Of a stretch of DNA of 64,000 nucleotides, positions 13,201-24,000 are shown piece by piece. Every line of letters starts with the position of its first letter. Within the stretch, counting starts at the first letter, position 1. The DNA lies in the NCBI GenBank assembly GCA_028826165.1, contig JAPDFW010000139.1, positions 57,309-121,308 of the forward strand. Reading direction: 5' to 3'. Below the pieces are notes generated by a model. The model saw only the letters and a program-made list of their open reading frames with translations. It was not told the DNA's origin and did not search any database. Position numbers and translations under genes: made by a program. Origin of the DNA: Anaeramoeba ignava BMAN (taxonomy: Eukaryota; Protista; Anaeramoebae).

Positions 13201-14827
13201 TTGAATTAGCTTGATACGCCAATTCATGCAGCTTGCCTTGGATTGTATCCTGAGGTTGTTCTTAAATTAATAGAAGCAGGATGCGAAATTGAGAAAAGAA
13301 ATGTAATTTAATTTTATAATATTTTTTTTATAATATATTTTTTATAATATTTTTTTTATAGATTGTAAATTTGAATCAAAATACATTTTGTTTTTGGATT
13401 ATATTAAATTCATTTAAAATTATAGCAAGTAAAAATTTAAAAATTTAAAAATTATAATTTATATTAAAAATTAAAAAAATTTTTTTTCTTCATGATTTTT
13501 ACAAGAATTGCACACCAATTCATTATGCATCATTTTTCTGTAATTTCGATGCATTAAAAATATTGATAGAACATGAAGCAGATGTTAATTCATTGGGTGT
13601 AAAAATAAAAATCAAAATCAAAATCAAAACAATTTAAATTTAGATTTGAATTTCAAAAAAAAAATGCATTTTTTTAATATATAATCTTGAAAGACAGTAC
13701 GTAAATTTATTATAAATTTAAAAATTACATATGAATTATTATTAAATTTTCTATTAATTTTTTTTAAAAAAGGGAGTAAGAAATTTGAAAGAAAGAAATG
13801 GAAATTATTTTTTTTATTTAAAAAATGAATTGATACAAAAATAGGGAAATTTAGCACTTCATTTTGTATCTTCACAAGTTGAATTAAATGATTTAAATTC
13901 TTTAAAGTGTGTTTATTTATTAATAAAATCTGGAGCAGATTTTTTATCAAAAAATGTAAAAAGAGAAAAAGAGAATTAAATTTGTTTTAAATTTTTTACA
14001 TTTGAATAAAAAATAGCAAGTAAATTTTTAAATTATTTTTGAATTATTTTTGAATATTAATTGAATTTGAATTTTAGAATGGATTGCTTCCATTTGATGA
14101 AATTCGTGATCCAAAAATCAAGCTTAGATTAAATGATTACATATCGATTGGCTATGATTTTTATGATCTTTTAACACAAAATTTATTTGATTATGAAATA
14201 CGAAATATTCATCAAGAAACAATCAAATTTCATGAAAACTTAGTAAGAACAAGAGTAGGAAACCAGAACAATTTCAACACGCTTATAAAGTTACTTAAAA
14301 ACATGACGCAAGAAGAAGCGCGAAGCATTCTGAAGTTTCTTTATTGCGGAATACTTGAATCACGAGCAAAAGAAAAATTGCAAGGAGTGCATTTTGAGTC
14401 GGATTGGATCAAGAAAGGACGGGGAAGAAAGGGGTTATTGAGGACACTTGAGCAGTTATATCAGCATGAGGAAAGTAAAGATTTTGTGATTATTGCGCAG
14501 GATGTTCCTATTAGGGTTCATAGGTTTGTATTGATTGCGCGAACAGGACTTTATCGTCAAATGTTTGGATCAGTTGAAAAAGAAGAAAAATCAGTCTCAG
14601 ACTATTCGGGTCGTTCTCCACAAGCTTTTCAGGCTCTTATAGAGTATTTTTATACTGATAAAATTTCTAATAATTTCCCTCTTTCTATTGTAGATGAACT
14701 TTCTGATGCTTGTGATTTTTTTCAGTTGTCAAATGAAAGAAGATTTAATGAATGTTTGCATGGAATTGAAGAAAGTGCTATTTTTAATTCTGATGTTAAA
14801 AGAAGGAGATCTTATAAGAAAGATTAA
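10208..14827 (+). CDS. Ankyrin-repeat + BTB/POZ protein (~457 aa), 16 exons including nine 3-nt microexons
   Basis: Large exons 10208-10318, 10387-10479, 12889-12984, 13210-13302, 13506-13598, 13845-13955, 14078-14827; all introns phase 0 and GT-AG. Ankyrin motifs GATPLFQSC, LDTPIHAAC, NCTPIHYAS, GNLALHF, LLKYGANLN, EHEADVN. C-terminal BTB (KDFVIIAQDVPIRVHRFVLIART...AFQALIEYFYTD) preceded by a degenerate BTB. Confidence 0.88.
10546..10548 (+). other. 3-nt microexon CCA (Pro)
   Basis: tttag|CCA|gtaatt, 66 nt after donor at 10480. Confidence 0.8.
10551..12813. repeat. Degenerate ~12-13 bp minisatellite (ACAAATTTATTT / ATAAATTTATTT) filling the 2267-nt intron between microexons 1 and 2
   Basis: Direct inspection. 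Confidence 0.9.
12816..12818 (+). other. 3-nt microexon TCT (Ser)
   Basis: tttag|TCT|gtaaaa, followed by a 70-nt intron. Confidence 0.8.
13052..13054 (+). other. 3-nt microexon AAT (Asn)
   Basis: tttag|AAT|gtaaat. Confidence 0.8.
13121..13123 (+). other. 3-nt microexon ACT (Thr)
   Basis: aaaag|ACT|gtaaaa. Confidence 0.78.
13362..13364 (+). other. 3-nt microexon ATT (Ile)
   Basis: tatag|ATT|gtaaat. Confidence 0.8.
13426..13428 (+). other. 3-nt microexon CAA (Gln)
   Basis: tatag|CAA|gtaaaa. Confidence 0.8.
13694..13700 (+). other. 3-nt microexon, either TAC (Tyr, 13698-13700) or ACA (Thr, 13694-13696)
   Basis: aaagacagtacgtaaat contains both aag|ACA|gtacgt and cag|TAC|gtaaat. Confidence 0.72.
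13773..13775 (+). other. 3-nt microexon GGA (Gly)
   Basis: aaaag|GGA|gtaaga. Confidence 0.8.
14017..14019 (+). other. 3-nt microexon CAA (Gln)
   Basis: aatag|CAA|gtaaat; the next exon starts AAT GGA, supplying the second loop residue. Confidence 0.8.
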
Positions 14828-15010
14828 AATTAAGATTAAAATTAAAATTAAAATTAAAATTAAAATTAAAAATCAAAAAAGTGGAACAAAATATTTTTAT
14901 CAATTTTTATCAATTTTTTCAAAAGGAAAAAATAAAATTAATTTTTAAATTGTTTTAAATTGTTTTTAAATTGTTTTTAAATTGTTTTAAATTGTTTTTA
15001 AATCGTTATT

Positions 15011-18000
15011 TCACCAATAAGGACACCAACCAATATAACACTGACAAAGATTCTTGTGAGAAGTGGCTTGATCAATAAGACGTTGAACTTGATTAGAAGA
15101 TTGCATAACATGACTTGGATCGAAATCTCTACCAGAAAGTTTATTGGAAATTCTTGTGACAACTTGAAGAGCAGTTTCATTAAGAACCTCATTAGAATAA
15201 GGAAGAGAAGTAAGAGAAAGAAGAGGATCATCAGGGGTATTTTTTGGATTAAGGGGAGTCTTTAAGGATTTTGAATTAGGATTTGCATTGTGGTTTCCGA
15301 CAAGCTTCCAAGAAAAGAGGGGATCGTAAACAAAGGCCTCAAGCATAGCCATGAGAGAGTCCTTGTTTGTGCGGAGAATCTCCATGACACGAGTGGATGT
15401 CTCAGTGAATGTCCCATCTACTCCGCAGATCTCCATTGCGTTGACAAGCATTCGGGTCAAACGGAAAGGAATTGTTTCGGGAAAATGTTTTCGATGCATT
15501 GCAACCTCGAAACAGTCGCCGAAGTCGATATGGACAATCTTGCCTGAGGATCTGTCCATCATGATATTGGAAGGGTGGCGATCGCCAAGGCCGAGAATAT
15601 ACCCGACCATCGACATGACAGCCAGAGAGCGAGTGTAAGTTGTCCTCTTGTCAAGCCACACTTCTGTGTTTTGTGATTTCAGCCAAAGAACCCGTTGGAT
15701 GTCGATTCCGTCCGTTTGTGATAGGACGTTGTTGAAGATCTCAAGCTTGCGAGAAAGAGGCATGATGTCGTAGTTCTGTGTCAGTTGAAGAATCATGCGA
15801 TGCTCGAGATTCAGGACAATTCCGAAACTTGCACGGTATTCTCGGATTAGATCATACAGCGTGTCGCAGAAAGGCACCCATCCGATCAGTCCAGTATTCG
15901 GCGAGAGTGGCACAACAGCATAACGCTCAATGTGGAGACGCAGCTTTGCAGTGTGTATATCGCCAAGTAGCAAAGAGTTGATCAGCCCAAAAAGCTGCAT
16001 TGCGCGCTCGTCTTGTCTCAGGTCTTCGTGACCCTTCAGAAGAAACGAGAACACGGATCCATCCGAACCGTGGATATGGAGCTTGCGCGGGCGCTGCTTG
16101 GTTTTCAAGATGGTCAAGTTAGGGGAAATACTGTCGATGTAGATGATCGGTGATCCAGACTTGTAAGTGCCGGGAACAGAAAGTTCCAAATTTTTTGCCT
16201 GACTTGATTGGGGGGATACATTTGATAGTTCTAATTTTGCCATTTGGGGAATTTCGTTTTCGAGACGTTTGAATATACGGACATAGGATTTCCAAGCAGC
16301 AACAAAACAAGAATCAAGATGGGTCAACATGTACTGTTCAGAATTTTGACGTGCGTTTTGGAGATCTGCTCGATATGCCTCGACAAACTCCTGCTCGCTC
16401 TTTGTCTCAGGTCCGCGCATCATCAGCTTGTGCATCTGGTCGAGTGCAACGACTATTTCGGGATAGTTCTTTGTGGGGAAGTACTGCCGAGAAACCTCTT
16501 CAATCGCCTCGTGCCAAAGCTCTTTCCATAAAATAGCAATGCGAATAAGCTCAGAACTCACCATCCGCGTGTCTTCCACAAGCACGGGAGAGTGACTGCG
16601 AATCATTTCCATGATCTCCTTTGCAATGTTCTCGGGCCGATTCTTTTCGTGATGGATTCGATCTGCTCTTCGTGTTGGGATCTGGCGATGATTTATTTGA
16701 TCTGTTGTGAATGATGATCTTTTCTTCGTTTTTCGAGAGTCCTTTTGCAGTTGTCGTTTTTTATCGCTCTCTCTTCCCCTCAATGAGGATCGGCCCCGCG
16801 TATTTACGCTCTTTGTGCTTTGTTGTCGATGATCGTCCGCTTGGTCGTTTTTATTGCTTTTATTGCTTTTGTTGCTTTTGTTGGGTGCCCGGTAGCCAAT
16901 GATGTTTCGTGGTGGCGAGTTTGAATTTTCTGATGTGAATAACGGTGAGGAATCACTTTCGAATTGGGTTTTTTTTGGGAAATTTTGCGGTCTAGAATCA
17001 TTGGCAAAATCTTGTGTTTTGGATCTAAAATTAAACGGTTGGATGATTTGATTTGGGGGACTATTCTGTTCATTTTCACCGAGCATTGAGGAAGTATCAG
17101 AAGACAAAGAAGATGTGTTTTCAAAGGAGGAGCTGAATGTAGCGAGGGATTCCGAGTCGAGATATGCGGAGTTTGAGTTTGATTGGAAGTCTGGGTCGCT
17201 GAGGGAAGTGTGAGCATTATGGGAGAAAACCGGACCAAGTGGATCCAAAGCGCTTGGCGAACCGTGATGAAATGTAGCGTTGATTGCCTGGCACTTCTCA
17301 GAAACAATCAGTGGATACACGAGTGCTTGAGGATGAGCCTTTCCGATCTCGTTCAGAAGATGTCTGATGAGGTTCTTGACAAGATCAGACGGTGTTGTGA
17401 TTCGCGCGATGATCTGCGGGATTACCTGAAGCCAGATGTCTATAGAAACCGTGTCGAAGCCTGTCCGCATTGCTGCATTCACCTCCTTCAACGAGCCATG
17501 ACGAAACCACAGTGTCAAAATTCGCAGGGTGTCCCGAATAATCTTCCGTGATGAGCTTAGCGATATTGCTCGGAAAAATCCTGTTATTGCTGGTATTAAG
17601 TGCTTCCGGGTTTGTCCTGTTTCTAGTCTTCCTTCTTTCTGCATGATTTCTGAAACCGTCTCGAAATTCATTAGTGCCCAGAAATGCCATGCTCGTGCCC
17701 ATTTTGGTGCGTATTTTGTGGCGTAATAGAAGGAGCTTAAGATTTCCATTTTGGAAGAATTTTCTGGGTTTCTTTGTTGATCATGTGAGTCTTCTTGGAT
17801 TTCCAGATTCCACATTCCAAATGACAGAAATGCCTTTGCCTTAAGTTTGTTTGGATCGAAGTCGAACTTCATTTTTGAGGTTAGTAGGATATCCATGAAT
17901 TCTGAGATGAATTTTTTGAGTTTTGCTAGTGCCGATTCTCTTTTGTTGCAAGCCCATAAGTGTGTTAGGTATTTGAAATAAGCGCGTGGGTGTGTTTGAA

Positions 18001-21000
18001 GGAAGATTGTTTCCTCCATTTCTTTGCCAAGAGGGTCTTTTTGGTTTGATGTTGTGAATTTTCTTTGTATGAATGGGGATGATTTTACTATTTTAAAATA
18101 TATTGAATATAATTGAATTTTAAATATATTGAATTTAATTAAATTTTAAATATATTGAATTTAATTAAATATTATGAATTTAATTGAATATTATGAATAT
18201 AATTAAATATTTTGAATTTAATTGAATATTATGAATTTAATTGAATATTTTGAATATTTTGGATTTAATTGAATATAATTGAATATTTTGAATTTAATTA
18301 AATTTAAATAAATATTTTGAATTTAATTGAATATAATTAAATATTTTAAATTTAATTGAATTTAATGAATTTAATTGAATATATTGAATATTATGAATTT
18401 AATTAAATATTTTTGAATTTAATTAAATATTTTGAATTTAATTAAATAATGAATTTAATTGAATTTAATTAAATTTAATTAAATATTATGAAATATAATT
18501 GAATTTAATTTTGAATTTAAATTGAATTTATTTAAATATTTTGAATTTAATTAAATATTTTGAATTTAATTGAATATTTTGAATATAATTAAATATATTG
18601 AATTTAATTAAATATTTTGAATTTAATTAAATATTTTTGAATTTAATTAAATATTATGTGGGAATTTAATTAAATATTATGAATTTAATTGAATTTAATT
18701 GAATTTATTTGAATTTAATTGAATTTAATTGAATTTAATTGAATATATTGAATTTAATTGAATTTTTGAATTTAATTAAATATTTTTGAATATTTTTGAA
18801 TTTAATTAAATATTTTTTGAATTTAATTGAATTTTAATTGAATTTAATTAAATATTTTGAATTTTTAATTAAATATTTTTAAATTTAATTGAATTTAATT
18901 GAATTTAATTGAATTTAATTAAATATTTTGGATTTAATTAAATACTATTGAATTTAACGAATTGAATTTAATTAAATAAATTTTTGAATATAATTTGAAT
19001 TTAAATTGAATATATTGAATTTAATTAAATATTTTGAATATAATTGAATTTAATTAAATATTTTGAATTTAATTGAATTTAATTAAATATTTTGAATTTA
19101 ATTGAATTTAATTGAATATAATTGAATTTAATTGAATATATTGAATTTAATTGAATATTTTGAATTTAATTAAATATAATTAAATATTTTGAATTTAATT
19201 GAATATTATGAATTTAATTGAATATTATGAATTTAATTAAATATATCGAATTCAATTAAATATTTTGAATTTAATTGAATATTTTGAATTTAATTAAATA
19301 TTATGAATTTAATTAAATATTATGAATTTAATTGAATATTTTGAATTTAATTAAATATTTTGAATTTAATTGAATTTAAATGAATTTAGTTACCCTTCAA
19401 ATCATAAACCTCATTTTGACCAGACTTATTATCAATAAAATCATCTCCAGAAAATTCCCTCTTATTATTCCCAGAAATATCAACTAAAAAACTACGAATT
19501 GTCTGAGAAGCAAGAGTATGATTGCCATTTTTATCACACATATTGACAAATCTGAGCCACAAAGAAGCACTTTCCTCACGAGAAAAAACAAGGGAATGAA
19601 CAAGCATGATCTTGAGCCAAACATCAGTAGAAGGCTCAGCACCTTTGAGCCTATTCTTCCAAGTTTTCTTAATAAGCTCTCGAGATTCTGAAGGTGAATA
19701 GTGATCCACAATAGGAAAATCATTTGCGCAGGTGTTTGCCGAATTGGCAAGAACATGAGACTGCGCGAGATAGAGAACCTCCTCAAGCTCGGAGACTTGG
19801 TGCGCTTTCACAATCTCAGGATAGACTGAGCGGTACTCAGCAGGCCCAAGCGCTGAAATGGAATCCACAATACTTTGGCGAGAAGTGACCAATCTGAGCC
19901 CAGCTTCCTCAAGATCACCGTTGTGGAGAGCAAGAACCGCGCGAAGAAATGTACCTTCCCAGGACTTCTCTGATATTTTGTTTGTGTGGAATTGCATCTT
20001 TCTCCAGTCGCCGATGATCCAAGCAGCATTGGCAGAAATTTCTGCAATGACCGAAGTTGAATCTTGATCCGCAATTTTGCACGCTTCCTCAGAAAGCTCA
20101 AGTAGGGTGTGCCATTTCCCAAGCGAGAACAAACATCTCATTTGGCCAAGAATGTCTGGGAGACTTTCGGGTTTGCGCACCCGTCTTTGTGTATAAATGC
20201 GCAGGGCATCCTCCCATTGGTTGAGCTCTTCGAACCATCTCTGTTTTGGATTGGGAGCTGAGATTCTTTTCTCGCCAAAGCGTATCACTCCGCGAATAGT
20301 GTCGCGCTGTTGAAGTTTACTGGCAACTGAGATGACAGAGTCGATCATCTCGAACCACCGCGGATCGTTCAGATGTCGCGAAAGCTCAAGCTCCTTGTAC
20401 CGCAACGCCTTTGCATATGCGCTGCATCTTTCTGCCGCATTTCCGAGAATCCGGACATCAAGTCCAAACACAACGCCTGCGTGGCTCATGAAGTCATCCA
20501 ACCCGAGAATCATTTGTTGGATCTCAACCGGTACTGTTGTCAAATTTCGCATAACGGACTCAATGTTTCTTATAAGATCACGTTTATGTTCGTCCGGCAA
20601 ATAGGTAAATACTCTTAAAAAAGCAACTTCGAAAAGTGTTTTCTCGATCGATGTTGCTGTTCCAAGAAGCATTTCGCAGGATCGCAAAGAGACTGATGGC
20701 GAGTGTCTGAGAAGTTCTGAAGAAAACCGTTTCATCCATTCTCGCCAGTCGTCCTCTGTCTCGCATCCTCTTGTGTTCCAAAACTTTGCAATATGCTCTG
20801 CTTGAAACGATTGGGGGGTTTTTTGGGCTGAATGAGAAACAACGTCAAGTAACCGACGTGATCTTGATCTTTTCCTCATTCTTTTTTTCAACAGCGTTAG
20901 CGATGGGAGCTGCTCGCCGGTTTCAATTGCGCGCGAAACCTCTTCGTAGAGAACATGCGTGACATCGCCGAGTATTCTATATCTGCGCAGAGTCTCGCCA

Positions 21001-24000
21001 ACAACGGGAAGGAAAACGCGGTAGCGATGACCCAACTGAACCGCCAATTGGGTCATTGTGTCCAGTACTGATTTTCTGAGAACATTACTAGGGGTCTCGA
21101 GAACACGGATCAACGCCTGCATAATCCGTGAGCTTTGGTCTGTCAGGTTTGTGGAGGCGCAGAGCTTCCCCAGCGTTTTAACCGCTTCAACCCTAAGACT
21201 CTCTTGAGTCTCCCGATCTTCCGCAAGATCAAGCATAGCAGGCACAACAAGTGGCAAGTAGTCGCAGAGCTTATCCCCCAGAAGTCTTAAGCAGTGCATC
21301 ACTTCCTGCGTCTCAAATGTTCTAAGCTTGTTGATTGCCGCTACAAGTCTGGGAACAAGTGTTGGCATGTATGTCTTGATCTGATCAGGGAAAATCTCTG
21401 CTATTTCCTCAATAAGCCCAACAATCTGAGGGATCGCAAACGGGATCCAGTTCGCAAAAAGAAACCGCATAATCGACGCGATGTGGATCTTCATGTTCTG
21501 TTTGATCGAGCTGACAAGAAGACTCATCTTCTCGAAAATAAACTGAACAGAAACCGAACTGCATATTTGCATGTGTTGAAAAAACGGTCGAAGAATCCGT
21601 TTCAAAAAAACAGCAGAAGGATCAGCAAAGTTGTGCACGATAAGAACAAATGCTTGAATCGCGAGTCGGTGGTGTTGTCGCAGTGCCCGATCCTCCAAAA
21701 TCCTCATTAACGTTGATGTTGCTGCATTCGCAAAAAATTCTTCTTGGCTCATCCGCTCAGGATTCATGAAATATTCAGCTATTCCAGACACCACTTCCCG
21801 TCGGTTCATCCTTTTCTCCTCGTCTTCGTCTTGATCCCCGTCTTCGTTCTCTTCTTGTCCCTTCCCTTGCTGGTAATAGAATTGTTCATACTGTGGGTCA
21901 GTGTGCTGATCTCTTCCTCCATAAGATTCCGTGAACGTGTTTTCTCCTCTCCGTCGACGCGTTAATGGCCGCACCCCTGAACTAAGCATCACACGCGAAT
22001 CCGACCGTTGCAATGAGATGTCGCTCTGTGTATCCCGGGTTCTTGTGGAAAGTGTTGCTGTATGTTGCGAATTATTTGTTTTTGGACTTTTAACTGAAAA
22101 TAAACTTGGTTTTGCTTCGTTAAGTTTTTCTGTCTTTGCTTCTTGATCTTCCTCGTCTTTTGATAGTGCTTTTCGGTGCTGTTCTGGATCTATTGCTCCA
22201 ATTAGTCCTATTACTCTTACTGCTTCTTGTTGGATTTGTGGATCGTTTACTGAACGAACAAATCGAAGTAATGATTGGATTAAATCTGGATATTTTTTAA
22301 ATGGTGATATTACGAATCCTGTGAATTGGACGAGTTTTCCCATTGTTTGAAGTGCAGACTTATTAATTTATTTTGATATTTTAATTTAATAATTTAATAT
22401 TTTATTTTAATATTTTAATTTAATATTTTAATATTTTAATATTTTAATATTTTAATATTTTAATATTTTAATATTTTAATATTATTATTTTAATATTTTA
22501 ATATTTAAATATTTTAATATTTTAATATTTTAATATTTAAATATTTTAATATTTTAATATTTTAATATTTTAATATTTTAATATTTTAATATTTTTATAT
22601 TTGAATATTTTATTATTTAATTATTTTATTTTATTATTTTTATATTTTGATATTTTATATAATCTACTAAACAAAATGTCGGATTTTGATCTATCATATA
22701 ATGTGCTAAAACTGGTAAAAGATCTTCTTGATATTTCCCCATTTTTTCTCCTCCAACTTCTATAATATTCCCAATAGCTGATAAAACATATGATGTAACC
22801 TCTTGGTTATCATCAGATAAATTTTCAATTTTTGAAAGAAAACTTTGCATCATTGAATCGCAATAAGGTCGAATCAATTTATTTGAATATTGAACTAAAT
22901 GAACTAACAATTCAACACTTTGATCTCGAATAATTCGACTTTGAGATATTTCAAATTCAGTTAAAAGACCCATTAATGTATTTCTTAATGTTGGAAGAAC
23001 AATAGATGGTGAAATTTCTCCAATTTTTCCGATTATTGTTATTGAAAGTTTTCGAACTTCAATATTTTCATCATTTAAGGAAAGTGAAAGAAGTTCAACA
23101 TTTTCTGGATCAAATAATTTATGATGAAATTTATCGAATAATTCTTGTAAAATTGCTAATCTATTAGAAGGGTCTTTAATTAAGAAAAAAAGTGGAATGA
23201 ATTTTAATTTTAATTTTGATTTTGATTTTGATTTTATAAATGAATTTTAATTTTAATTTAAATTTGATTTTGATTTTAATTTTAATTTTAAATTTTAATA
23301 TTAATTTTAATTTTTAATTTTTGATTTAATTTTTGATTTAATTTTTGATTTTAATTTTAAATTTAATTTTAATTTTAATTTTAATTTTTAATTTTTGATT
23401 TTCTACCTTGATCTGTGACTGCTAAAGAAATTAAAGATTGAATAATATTATAAATTGTTGGATCTGAATCAAAATTTGGAGAACTTAATAATTTAATTGA
23501 AGTTAATCCAGCTTCTCTTCTAATTTTGGAATTAGAATTCCTGAAATAAGGAACAATATTAATTTCCAAATATTCTTTTTGAACTTCTTCATCAAAAGAA
23601 AATTCTCTTAAACCTTTCAAAGCAAATAAAATTTGAGAAGACCAACTTTTTGTACTTGCCTCAATAATATCTTTCTGTGTAAGTTTTTGTCCTTTATCCA
23701 TATAATTCTTTGATGGTGTTATTAATAGATCTGTATAAATAAAATGTGGTACTTGATATTTTGTATCTGATAAAATCAACGAAAAAATATTTAGAATTCG
23801 AAATTTAAGATGAACTTTTAAATTTGAAAGTGTATTAAGTAGTTCCGAAAACACAAATATTTTTGTTTTATCGAGTCCTGTAGAAAATATGACATCTTTG
23901 ATTTTGATTTTAATTTTAAATATTTGATTTTTAATTTTAAATATTTGATTTTAATTTTGATTTTGAATATTTGATTTTAAAGATTTTAAATATTTGATTT

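Noticed and set aside
16660-17293. TOR insertion as an intein (begins near a Cys)
   Set aside because: No Hint block A/B pattern, no terminal HN followed by C/S/T, no LAGLIDADG motif; low-complexity composition.
15056-22146. Many short overlapping ORFs within TOR
   Set aside because: Expected by-product of locally higher GC (fewer stops); no recognisable motifs.
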